From assembly GCA_002772645.1 (NCBI GenBank), contig PFDK01000003.1, positions 1 to 40,492 of the forward strand: a stretch of 40,492 bases of DNA. The letters are read 5' to 3'. The position numbers were made by a program, and so were the translations under genes. Numbering within the stretch: position 1 is the first letter of the stretch; each line of letters opens with the position of its first letter. The notes below the pieces were generated by a model. It saw nothing but the letters and a program-made list of their open reading frames with translations. It was not told the origin of the DNA and ran no database searches. This document shows, one piece after another, positions 8,854-17,479 of this stretch. The stretch comes from Candidatus Pacebacteria bacterium CG10_big_fil_rev_8_21_14_0_10_56_10. Lineage in GTDB: Bacteria > Patescibacteriota > Microgenomatia > UBA1400 > PJMF01.

Positions 8854-9717
8854 GTGCGCGCAAGAGATCACAAGGCCATCATCTCCGATTTTGATGGCAC
8901 TTTGGCCGGCGCCGACAGCGTTATTTCTCAGCCGGTTAGCCAGGCGATCGGTCGGTGGCTGGCCGCGGGCAAGCACTTCTCGATCGGTGCTGACCGGCCT
9001 GCTGCGCGTTCGGGGCAGCGTTAAGGAGCTGGGTCTGACCAATCCCCAGATTGTTCGCGGCGGGGCCGAGATTGTCGAGGCCCAGACCGGCAAGGTCCTC
9101 CACGGCGAGTACTTGGACGCCGGCGAGCTGCGTTTGCTGGTCGAGTTCCTGATTGAGCACCACCTGCCGTTTTTCGCTGAGGAGGGAGAGCATATCTACG
9201 CTGACGACGGCCTGGAGAAAATAGTGGTACCTGTAGGTGTCACCGTCAAACCGCTTGACGAAATGCCTGATGAGCGCATCGCCAAGCTGTTGGTGATCAC
9301 CTCTGATCTTGATGAGCGCCGGGTCAAGCACTTACTGAACGACATCATTGGTCAGCGCCTACCTAGCACACACATCGTCAAGAGCTACAGGCCGTTCCTC
9401 AAAGCCTGGACAGCCACCTCGCAGAGAAAGGCACCAAGCACCTGGCAGCACTGCGGCTGGCCCAGCTGCTAGGCCTGGAACCCGATCAGATCGTCGGCAT
9501 TGGCGACAACCACAACGACTACCCACTGCTGACTGCCTGCGGTTACAAGGTGGCGATGGGCAATGCCCCCGACGAGCTCAAGGAGATCTCCGACTGGGTA
9601 GCGCCGCCGTATTGGGAGGACGGGGTGGCGGAGGCGATTGGTAGGCTAATGAACCAAAGCTCAACTTGCTCACTTGACACGACTATTAAAGGTGCTAGCC
9701 ACACATCATGCTCTTGA
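8854..9717 (+). pseudogene. Cof-type HAD-IIB hydrolase split over three segments by two frameshifts
   Basis: Frame from GTG 8854 gives ISDFDGTL (motif I) and stops at 9022. The middle (PQIVRGGAEI, cap domain) is in the 8891 frame. The C-terminus (TKHLA..GIGDNHND..VAMGNA..EDGVA) returns to the first frame from about 9421 to TGA 9717. Confidence 0.85.
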
Positions 9718-9795
9718 TACTTTCAAGCGGTTAATATGTCCCTCAAACCTGTTCGCTACTCCATTGCAATGTCGGATTTGACCCAAACTTGACTC

Positions 9796-11058
9796 TCAAG
9801 TGTCCAGATACGTCCTCAGCACTTGCTTTTGGGCTCGAAGCGCCGCAGGCGTGCCCAACTGGGAGCGCCAGTTCTCAATTGGTACCTGAGCGAGTATGTA
9901 ACTGAGCAGCGCCTCGGCTTCAGGGTCGACGAGGTAGTAGGTTTGTGTCAGCAGGTGAATTGTGTTGACAGCATTAATCAGAATATGACGGTAGGTATCG
10001 AGGGCTTCGATCTGAACCTGCAGAAGTACCGATCCAGACAGAGTTGTTGTGGTTAGACCAAGAACTTCAAGAAACTCTTGGGTTAGAAACTGATAATAGG
10101 GGTATTCACCGTTGGTAACAGGGCTGAAGTTGGCACTTGGGCCATCTGTTCCCAACCTAACCAGCAGTTCGGCCTTGGCACGGGGCAGCGCCCGTTTGAG
10201 AGCGTAGTCGTGGCTAACACCTCTAAAATCTTGAGGGTCATGAATCTTCCTTTGATACAACAGGTCGTATTTGTCCCATGGCGAAAACCCGCCCCAGATG
10301 GTGTTGTAGCGGTCGAATTGCTGATCCAGCACTGACTCAAAAACCTTGTCAAAAGCGTGTCGTAGTTCGTGGCGCACATTCTGCTGATTGAGAAACTCAT
10401 CATGCTGATCGAGGGTGAAAATCACGGGTATCTTCACGATTGTTCCAGGTTGGGTGGGCAGGGGCTGAGGTACCGTTTTTCTGGTATATGTACCACTACT
10501 GCCCGAAGAACAGCCCAGTGCTTGATAGTCTTCATCCAAACTAATCATTAAGCCCAACGCAAACGGAACAGCCATCACTTGGATTTTCCCTTGAGCTTTT
10601 TGCCCTTCTGTCAGAGTACTAAATACCTGCTTGCCAACTTGTTGAAGCTCTTCAGGTGTCCAGTCAATCAGGTGCTTAGCTTTGAAAGAGGCGTCACTCC
10701 TTTCCGGTTTGAATTTAAGGTAGTAAAGATACTGAAGTAGATGGTAGGCGTCACGGTGATCTTCAATCAGTTGCTGAGCAAACCGCAGAGCAGTATCCGC
10801 ATCAGGGAGCGTTGGCAGTAACTGCTCAACGGCTTGGTTGGCATACTTGACGTTTGGTGAGAGGTGAGGTTGATAAAGCAGTCCGTTTTCAAACGCTTCT
10901 CCCATGAATGCCGCCATTATCAGCCTTGTTTTCGCCATTATCAGCCCTGTTTCGACTTGGCGCGACTTATCCCGATCGCTATTTGTGGGCGCAAGCTCGC
11001 TCTCGTGCTCAGGACTCTGGCTGGCTCTCGATAAAATTCGTTCGTAAACTGACATCAA
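9796..11058 (-). CDS. Hypothetical protein with an HExxH motif (possible zincin)
   Basis: 420-aa ORF; VRHELRHAFD with a downstream Glu (AKAEL); TATAAT 6 nt before the TTG start. Confidence 0.65.
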   Translation of the reverse strand: MMSVYERILSRASQSPEHESELAPTNSDRDKSRQVETGLIMAKTRLIMAAFMGEAFENGLLYQPHLSPNVKYANQAVEQLLPTLPDADTALRFAQQLIEDHRDAYHLLQYLYYLKFKPERSDASFKAKHLIDWTPEELQQVGKQVFSTLTEGQKAQGKIQVMAVPFALGLMISLDEDYQALGCSSGSSGTYTRKTVPQPLPTQPGTIVKIPVIFTLDQHDEFLNQQNVRHELRHAFDKVFESVLDQQFDRYNTIWGGFSPWDKYDLLYQRKIHDPQDFRGVSHDYALKRALPRAKAELLVRLGTDGPSANFSPVTNGEYPYYQFLTQEFLEVLGLTTTTLSGSVLLQVQIEALDTYRHILINAVNTIHLLTQTYYLVDPEAEALLSYILAQVPIENWRSQLGTPAALRAQKQVLRTYLDT

Positions 11059-11108
11059 CTCATGATTATAAACTAGTCATGTGTTGATAGCATTTGATCC
11101 GATCTTGA

Positions 11109-11417
11109 ATTAAGCAGCCGGATTTTTACTTTGAGGTTGGTATTTTGAAGCCTGAAGAGATCACGCGAGTTGGGTACATCGACTTGCCAGACTACCAACA
11201 CGACGCTGTCTACATCATAGACACCAAAACAAGCGACAAGAGCTTCGAGCAATATCTTGACCTAGAAAAGAATCAACATAGCCGTTGGGCAGTGCCTTTT
11301 ACCTATGTGGAAGCAGGCGCATCGTCAACACGCTCTACCAAAGTAGTTTTTGAGACGTCGCGTATAGAAAGTTATTTCAATGCTGGTGTTGGTTCAGGTG
11401 AGCACAACTCGTCTTGA
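11109..11417 (+). pseudogene. Probable 5'-truncated PD-(D/E)XK (RecB/Cas4-like) nuclease fragment
   Basis: The frame reads FYFEV..RVGYIDL..YIIDTKTS, with a TGA at 11106 just upstream and no good start codon. Confidence 0.45.
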
Positions 11418-11475
11418 CTTGCGGTTTGGTCTTGCCCAAGTGGTGAGCTAACCGAGGGTGTTAGCGGCACCGTAA

Positions 11476-11919
11476 CTACCCCTCAATGATGAGCTTACCT
11501 TCCATCCCCAGATGCCGATGGTTGCCGACGCTGCAGTAGAAAAAGACCTCGTCCTGCTCGAAGTCCTCCGGAATGGTGAAGGTGACAGAGTCTGTCTGGC
11601 CGGCAAAGATCCGCTCACTGCGCACGTCCAGCTCATCGATCACAAAATCGTGGACATTTTGAGTACTGTCCACTTTGACAGTCACGGCCTGGCCGCGTTT
11701 GACTCGGATCTCCGGCTGGGAAAACTCGAAGTTGCTCAGTTCCAGCACCACGACGGCTTGTTCGTCAGAAACTTCAGCTTGCTGAGAGGTAACGTCTGGG
11801 TTGTTCGGGACGCTGGGACGTTGGGCTTGAGTGCAGGCGGCCAAGATGAGCGAAGTAGAGACCAGCGCGGCCCCGGTGATGGCCAGACGGCCGGCAGGCA
11901 GTGGTGGCAGAAGTATCAT
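11476..11919 (-). CDS. Cupredoxin (type-1 copper) lipoprotein
   Basis: Lipobox-like LILAAC; ligand pattern H (NVHDF) ... CSVGNHRHLGM. Confidence 0.88.
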   Translation of the reverse strand: MILLPPLPAGRLAITGAALVSTSLILAACTQAQRPSVPNNPDVTSQQAEVSDEQAVVVLELSNFEFSQPEIRVKRGQAVTVKVDSTQNVHDFVIDELDVRSERIFAGQTDSVTFTIPEDFEQDEVFFYCSVGNHRHLGMEGKLIIEG

Positions 11920-12051
11920 CGCAAAAACTCCAGTCGCGCTTTAAGTGTAGCTATCATAATCAAGGAGGCGGTCGTCGGCAAGAGTCAGGTTACAGGTCAG
12001 GTTGCTACCAGCGACACTGCCGGCTGAGGCCAGTTAATGAGCTGGTGCGTG

Positions 12052-12088
12052 TTGCGCCACCGCCCGATTATGACTACACTACGTAGTA
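12052..12088 (+). promoter_or_regulatory. blaI promoter (TTGCGC-17-TACACT) with overlapping operator
   Basis: -35 at 12052-12057, -10 at 12075-12080; operator GACTACACTACGTAGTA at 12072-12088 ends on the A of the ATG. Confidence 0.75.
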
Positions 12089-12510
12089 TGAAGGCAACGG
12101 CGGCCACCGGACCAGGATCTCTGGAGCAACTAGTGCTCAATACTTTATGGGAAGGACGCCGATTAAGCTGTGGCCAAGTGCGCCAGTCACTGGGCCGCCG
12201 GCACCGAAAACGACTGGCCTACACTACCGTGCTGACGGTCCTTGACCGGCTGTACAAAAAAGGAGCGGTGGACCGGCACAAAGAAGGCAGGAAGTTTGTG
12301 TATCGGCCAGCGGCCAGCAGGCGCTCGTACGTCAAGTCTTTGATCCAGGGTACCGTCCGCGGCTTAGTCCATCGATATGGCCAGGAAGCGGTGGTGGCTT
12401 TTATTGAAGAGGCTGATGAACTGACAGAGCCCCCGGCTAGTGATGGGAAAGGTGATGGGGGTGGCGGTGAAAGTGCTGGGAAGGGTGACGGGAAGGGCGA
12501 CGGGCGATGA
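12088..12510 (+). CDS. blaI: BlaI/MecI/CopY family repressor
   Basis: GSLEQLVLNTLW, LAYTTVLTVLDRLYKKG.V.R.KEGRKFVYRP; no CopY-type C-terminal CxC; Gly/Asp/Lys repeat tail. Confidence 0.92.
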   Translation: MKATAATGPGSLEQLVLNTLWEGRRLSCGQVRQSLGRRHRKRLAYTTVLTVLDRLYKKGAVDRHKEGRKFVYRPAASRRSYVKSLIQGTVRGLVHRYGQEAVVAFIEEADELTEPPASDGKGDGGGGESAGKGDGKGDGR

Positions 12511-13436
12511 TCATCACCCGGACGCTGGAAGCCTGTTCACTGGCGGTCAAACTGTTGTCTTCGTACTTGATAGCGCCACGGCAGCTGCTGTGGGTAGCAG
12601 TGGTGTGGTTGGGAGTGTGGGTAGGACTGTCCGTGGCTAAAACGCTCGAGGTCAGGCGCGGCCGAGCTCGGTTGGTGGTCAGGTCCGGCAAACTGCACTG
12701 CTACTTGCTATCGGTCTGTATTCGCTTGGGCCTGCCGGCCCACCAGGTTCAGCTGTTTAGCTCTCGCCGACCGGTGGCGGTAGTGTCGGGGTTACTGTCC
12801 CCCAAGATCACTGTCAGTACCGGGCTAGTGAGCAGTTTGGAGAGGTCTGAACTAGAGGCGGTGTTACTGCATGAGCGCTACCACCTTGAGCACGGCCACG
12901 TGTTGCTGAGGTGGGTACTCGGCGTAGCGGCTCGGACAGTAGTGTTTTTGCCAAGTTTGGGCGATGTGGTCCGGTACTGTCGAGACTGGTGTGAGTTCAG
13001 GGCGGACAGGTACGCTTCCCGAGCACAAGGAACCGACCGGTTTTTGCGCCAGGCCCTGGCCAAGTCCGCCGCTGTCCAAGGCGGTGGGCAAAGTTTCTCG
13101 CTAAGGCAGATTGGCCTGAGCGAACCGGCCTTCGCGGCCGCCAACATCACCGAGCGCGTTGGCTGGCTAAGCGGGGTGGGTGGACCGCGGCTGCGGCTGT
13201 CACTGCGAAAGTTAACGGTATCTGGACTGATAGTCTTGGCTATGTTTGCGTACGGTTGGTTGTATGGCCGTGTTGAGGCGCTCGGGCACGACCCGACGGC
13301 TGTCAGGCTGTGCGCGCAGGCCGGTGAAGCACCGGCGGCCAGCCGCCAATCAGTCCCGGCTTCTTCCAGTCCGGTCCCTGCCAGTTCGTCGTCAACAGAC
13401 CAGTCGTTGTTGTTAATGTCTAGCTTTCAGCCATAA
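12507..13436 (+). CDS. M56/M48 (BlaR1-like) membrane zinc metallopeptidase without a penicillin-binding sensor domain
   Basis: GLLSPKITVSTGL, ELEAVLLHERYH, EFRAD, ITERV motifs; ATGA coupling to blaI. Confidence 0.9.
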   Translation: MIITRTLEACSLAVKLLSSYLIAPRQLLWVAVVWLGVWVGLSVAKTLEVRRGRARLVVRSGKLHCYLLSVCIRLGLPAHQVQLFSSRRPVAVVSGLLSPKITVSTGLVSSLERSELEAVLLHERYHLEHGHVLLRWVLGVAARTVVFLPSLGDVVRYCRDWCEFRADRYASRAQGTDRFLRQALAKSAAVQGGGQSFSLRQIGLSEPAFAAANITERVGWLSGVGGPRLRLSLRKLTVSGLIVLAMFAYGWLYGRVEALGHDPTAVRLCAQAGEAPAASRQSVPASSSPVPASSSSTDQSLLLMSSFQP

Positions 13437-13500
13437 TGGCAATGGCCTGAGGCGCGGCAAGCGAAGTATCAAGGCGGACCATCGAAAGCGAACCATCAGC

Positions 13501-13537
13501 TTGACGATGCCGAGGATAAATACTACACTTTGTAGTA
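13501..13537 (+). promoter_or_regulatory. dsbA promoter (TTGACG-17-TACACT) with a perfect palindromic operator
   Basis: -35 at 13501-13506, -10 at 13524-13529; TACTACA-CTT-TGTAGTA at 13521-13537. Confidence 0.8.
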
Positions 13538-13574
13538 ATAGTGGGTAATCAACACATTTTTTAGAAAGCCTCTC

Positions 13575-14354
13575 ATGCCAAACAATCAAGCCTACTCTTT
13601 CCGATCAAGTATGTCGTTCCTCAACCGCCACTTTGCCCTACTGGTGATCGGGGCGCTGCTGTTCGCGGGCGGTTTCCTGGTAGGGTCGCTGAGGACCGAG
13701 AACCAGCTGTTAAGTCAAGGCGGCGAACCGTCCAGGTCAGCTGGCACGACCGCGGCGGCCGGCACTGCACCAGCCCAGCCACCGGCGCCAGCCCCGGCCA
13801 ACGTGAGCGGCATGCCGGAGCTGGCCGACCAAGACCACGTCCGTGGGGCAGACAACCCGTTAGTGACGCTAGTAGAGTACTCCGATTTTGAATGCCCGTT
13901 CTGCCAGCGCTTCCACCCGACTATGAACCGGGTGCTGGCAGAGTACGGTGACCAAGTGGCCTGGGTATATCGACACTTCCCTCTGAGTATCCACGCCAAT
14001 GCCCAGAAAGCTGCCGAAGCGTCTGAGTGCGTGGCCAAGCTAGGCGGTGAAGAAGCATTCTGGAACTTTAGCGACTTGTACTTCGAGCGGACCACCTCGA
14101 ACGGCACCGGCTTTCCGTTGGATGGACTGGCCGATCTGGCGGCAGAAGTGGGTGTTGACGCCGCGGCTGTTCAGACATGCCTGGATAACGACGAAATGGC
14201 CGACCGCGTTCAAGAAGACGTTGACGGTGGGGCGCGAGGCGGGGTGACCGGCACTCCGGGCACGATCGTGGTGACCGATGGCGGTCCTCAGGAGCTCATC
14301 CCCGGTGCTTTGCCCTATGAGCAGGTGAGCCAGGTAATAGACCGCTACTTGTAG
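13575..14354 (+). CDS. Membrane-anchored DsbA/BdbD-type thiol-disulfide oxidoreductase
   Basis: N-terminal TM, EYSDFECPFC, YRHFPL, AAEASEC, GVTGTPG (cis-Pro loop), GALPY. Confidence 0.93.
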   Translation: MPNNQAYSFRSSMSFLNRHFALLVIGALLFAGGFLVGSLRTENQLLSQGGEPSRSAGTTAAAGTAPAQPPAPAPANVSGMPELADQDHVRGADNPLVTLVEYSDFECPFCQRFHPTMNRVLAEYGDQVAWVYRHFPLSIHANAQKAAEASECVAKLGGEEAFWNFSDLYFERTTSNGTGFPLDGLADLAAEVGVDAAAVQTCLDNDEMADRVQEDVDGGARGGVTGTPGTIVVTDGGPQELIPGALPYEQVSQVIDRYL

Positions 14355-14381
14355 CTAGGACCAGTTTCTACCTGCTGGCGG

Positions 14382-15584
14382 CTAACTGCCTAGCAGTTCC
14401 TCAAAAAAGGCGATGTCTCGGGCCACTACCGTGTTCCAGTCCGGCTGGAGGTTGTGATCGGCGCCGGGGTACTCGAAGTAAGTAAGTTCGATGGGCTCGA
14501 GCAAGGCTGCGGGAGTGCCGTCGGTGAGCTGAGTGCCGTCAGCGGAATTGGTGGCGGTGCCTGGGCTGGGTACGTTGTCCGCAGCCGATTGGACGGCCAA
14601 ACCATCCGCTCGATTCTCCATGATCTGCAGCCGACGATCGTTCTCGGCCGCTACTTTGTCCACCAGCTCGTCGCTCCATTCTTTGAGGGCGGCTTGGTCT
14701 GCCCCGCCGTGGTGGAGCTGGATCGGCCCGACCAGCCGGTCCAGGTGCCGCGTCAAACTAAACTCAAAAACATCGTAGACCTGTTCAAACTCGGCCAGCC
14801 AGGCTCGGGCTGCCTTGCCCTCGTCGTCGTGCTCGTCGCTGAAGAACAAGATAGAGTATGGAAACGGTGCGGTCACCGGCGCCCACAAACTGGTGGGGTA
14901 GGGCTGCTGAAGGATTTCGAGGACGCTCAGGGCTATCTGACCGCCGTTGCTGTGGCCCCACAGCCCCAGTTGGCTGCTGGCCGCCACGAACGGCTGGTCG
15001 TCGCTGGTGACGCCAAACTGCTCGACGCTCTTGAGAAGTTCAATGATGTTGATTGGCTTGACGAACCGAGCTTCCCAAGGATCGACAGGCTCTGGGGCGC
15101 TGTTGCCGAAGCCAAAAAAATCAGGGGCCAGCGTGACCAAGCCGGCTTCGGCAAAGATCTCGGCCGCTCGCCGGGTACCCACCCCTGGCTGGTAGATCTC
15201 CGGCGGCACGAAGCCGCGAACCATGACCACCACTGGCGCCGGCCGCTCGGGATCAAGTCTTACTGGCACCGTTAGCCGACCGCTCATCGGCTTGCCCATA
15301 GTCAGGTACTCAAACTCATAGGCCCTAAAGGTGTTTTCTAAAGCCAGGGTTTTGGTGATCCGGATGGGAGCGGCCCGGTAGCGGCGCTGGGCCAAGTTGT
15401 CAAAACTGTACTCCAGCAATGGCCGCGGCACCGGCGAAGGCAAGCCGCTGAGCTTGAGCGGTGACAGCAGGCCTGACGCCCCCGACAGGATGTCATTCGA
15501 GCTGGCCCACCAGCCCAACACAAAGGATCCGGCGGTGGCAAACATCACCGCCGCTAAGAAGAACAACACGACTCGCCAGGACAT
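14382..15584 (-). CDS. Secreted or anchored alpha/beta hydrolase (S9-like)
   Basis: APDFFGFG, WGHSNGG nucleophile elbow, HHGGAD, YPGADHN. Confidence 0.85.
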   Translation of the reverse strand: MSWRVVLFFLAAVMFATAGSFVLGWWASSNDILSGASGLLSPLKLSGLPSPVPRPLLEYSFDNLAQRRYRAAPIRITKTLALENTFRAYEFEYLTMGKPMSGRLTVPVRLDPERPAPVVVMVRGFVPPEIYQPGVGTRRAAEIFAEAGLVTLAPDFFGFGNSAPEPVDPWEARFVKPINIIELLKSVEQFGVTSDDQPFVAASSQLGLWGHSNGGQIALSVLEILQQPYPTSLWAPVTAPFPYSILFFSDEHDDEGKAARAWLAEFEQVYDVFEFSLTRHLDRLVGPIQLHHGGADQAALKEWSDELVDKVAAENDRRLQIMENRADGLAVQSAADNVPSPGTATNSADGTQLTDGTPAALLEPIELTYFEYPGADHNLQPDWNTVVARDIAFFEELLGS

Positions 15585-15595
15585 AGTAGTAGTAT

Positions 15596-15610
15596 TAGAC
15601 CTGTCGCCAA
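15596..15610 (+). repeat. 15-bp repeat TAGACCTGTCGCCAA, copy 1
   Basis: Identical to 16755-16769. Confidence 0.85.
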
Positions 15611-15617
15611 GTAATAA

Positions 15618-16028
15618 TCATCGCTCTTTTGGGCCCACATACACCACCTCAAACAGGATCTTGTCTGGAGACTCGAACATGATTTGGTAGTAAGTACTGT
15701 TTTCATCGCTGGCATACTCGAGCCTATGCCTGGGGGTACCAAACAGCATAGGCACCCTCAAGCTTTCAAGTAGTTCTCGGACGGCATCGACATCCTGACG
15801 CTCAGCCGTGCCCAGCGCCAGGTGATTAATACCTTTGGCGTCGTAGTTGGCACTGTCGTCGCCGTCAGTCTTGACCAGCCACAGGTCACCGTTGGTTTGG
15901 CTGTGGTATCCCACCACGTGATCAGCCGCAACGATCACTTGCCAGCCCATAAACTCCAGCAGTTGTTGGTAAAAAGACAAGTTGGCAAACTCGATGTTGA
16001 GTTGGAGGTGGGAGAAGTAGGTTTTCAT
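15618..16028 (-). CDS. VOC/glyoxalase family protein
   Basis: FSHLQLN, SFYQQLL..GW, GINHLA, YYQIMFESPDKILFEVV. Start at ATG 16028 (16079 also possible). Confidence 0.88.
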   Translation of the reverse strand: MKTYFSHLQLNIEFANLSFYQQLLEFMGWQVIVAADHVVGYHSQTNGDLWLVKTDGDDSANYDAKGINHLALGTAERQDVDAVRELLESLRVPMLFGTPRHRLEYASDENSTYYQIMFESPDKILFEVVYVGPKER

Positions 16029-16160
16029 GTCGTCAACCGATTGTACCTTAGACGACGTAGAGAACTGGTTTAAAGTCATCAGCACCAATCGGTGCTTGCG
16101 CAGCGGATCGCCGTTAAAAGTGTGGTACAAAATCAGAGTGAATACTTTTGATACAATTCG

Positions 16161-16754
16161 ATGGTGATGACAACTATGAATCGGGTGGCCAGCACCCTCT
16201 ACCGTTCGGCCTCCGCCTGTGCCAACCGGTTGCCCCGCCGCGGCATCAAAACACTGTACCTAACCATAGTAGGCCTGGGACTGGGCTTTGGATTTTCCGT
16301 GACGGTGTTTAGCCAACCGGGAATGACCGCCGCCCAGGACCAGGGAGTTTTTGACCGGCCCCACCAGGCAGTCACAGCCACTTCCTTAACGCTGGAGACA
16401 ACCGTCGCCAATCAGCCGGTAACTTCGGCGCTCACCCCGGGCTTGGTGCCGCTGTGGAAAAGCAAGCAGGTGGTCCACACCGTCGGCTCGGCCGGCTTGG
16501 GAGAGGCGGGCACGGTAGTGCTGGCAGTGGGTGGGCTTAATCCTGCCCACCAGCCGGTAACTAAGCTATCTCTGGGCGAGCAGATCACCCTGACCGGTAC
16601 CAACCAGGGACGCTACCGCTTCACGGTGGTGGAGCTCTATCGTCGGTCTTTCGGGGAACTTAACTTGGCTACCACACATCAGCGGCCTACCCTGGTGCTG
16701 TACACCCCCAGCTCGTTGATCGACACCAACGTCAATGTTGTCATCGGTCGTTAA
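16161..16754 (+). CDS. Sortase-fold protein lacking catalytic His/Cys/Arg
   Basis: TM anchor; VVHTVGSAGLGEAGTVVLAVGG, LSLGEQITL, YRFTV, PTLVLYTP follow the sortase pattern. Confidence 0.7.
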   Translation: MVMTTMNRVASTLYRSASACANRLPRRGIKTLYLTIVGLGLGFGFSVTVFSQPGMTAAQDQGVFDRPHQAVTATSLTLETTVANQPVTSALTPGLVPLWKSKQVVHTVGSAGLGEAGTVVLAVGGLNPAHQPVTKLSLGEQITLTGTNQGRYRFTVVELYRRSFGELNLATTHQRPTLVLYTPSSLIDTNVNVVIGR

Positions 16755-16796
16755 TAGACCTGTCGCCAAACAACATCTTTTTTGATAACAGGTTTA
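16755..16796. repeat. Imperfect inverted repeat (copy 2 of the 15-mer plus an inverted arm) between convergent genes
   Basis: TAGACCTGTCGCCAAA (16755-16770) against TTTGATAACAGGTTTA (16781-16796): 12 of 16 positions Watson-Crick. Confidence 0.6.
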
Positions 16797-16828
16797 GTGA
16801 GACCGCCAGGCAGAAATCAGCGTAGAAA

Positions 16829-17317
16829 TCAGCGGTAAGTCGAGCGAATTTCGAAGAGAATATAGAAGCCGATCAGCGTGGAGATCACCAGGCCGAAAAT
16901 ACCGCCCAGCCCAAAAACCACTCCGACCACCGACTGGGCCAAGCCAATCACTGTTACCCAAAAGAGCAACGCCCAGCCGCGCCGACTGTGCTGGCGCAGC
17001 GGAGTGAAAGCCAACAGCATCAGCGCGCCGATGATGACTTGGAGCACACCGACGATTGTCAAGTAGTTGGGATCAAGCGTCACACCCACCTGGGCGGACA
17101 GGCCTTCCAGCACGGTCCCGCCGCGAACGCTGCCCAGGGCAGACAGGCCGCCGAGGGTGTTAAGCACGCCAAACAGACCGGCTACCCAGGGGGCGATGCT
17201 GACCATGAAGCTGACGATGCTGTCGGGCAAGTGAGGAGCGTTTTTAAAGTAACGGCCGATCGAGTCAATGAACTTGATGGCGGGCGCGCCCCATAAAAAT
17301 TCAAGCCGAGAAAACAT
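16829..17317 (-). CDS. Hypothetical 4-TM membrane protein
   Basis: APHLP..IAPW..GWALLFW..YILFEIR; hydrophobic helices. Confidence 0.8.
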   Translation of the reverse strand: MFSRLEFLWGAPAIKFIDSIGRYFKNAPHLPDSIVSFMVSIAPWVAGLFGVLNTLGGLSALGSVRGGTVLEGLSAQVGVTLDPNYLTIVGVLQVIIGALMLLAFTPLRQHSRRGWALLFWVTVIGLAQSVVGVVFGLGGIFGLVISTLIGFYILFEIRSTYR

Positions 17318-17479
17318 ACTACCCTTTTTGAGTACCTGGTACCAGTATAGCGGATCGGGGACAGCCTGTCAGGGGACAGCGAGCAGGGACAGTGAACGGT
17401 GTGTCACCGAAGGAGGTGAGCAAGACAGCAGGCAGGGACGGCCGGCCGGACACCACTGCCAATCTTGTACAATACGCGG

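Noticed and set aside
12478-12505. G-quadruplex motif at the end of blaI
   Set aside because: Explained by the DGKG codon repeat; no independent support.
12088-13436. Beta-lactam resistance (bla/mec) locus or CopY copper operon
   Set aside because: No beta-lactamase, PBP or penicillin-binding sensor domain; the repressor lacks CopY Cys motifs and no Cu-ATPase is adjacent.
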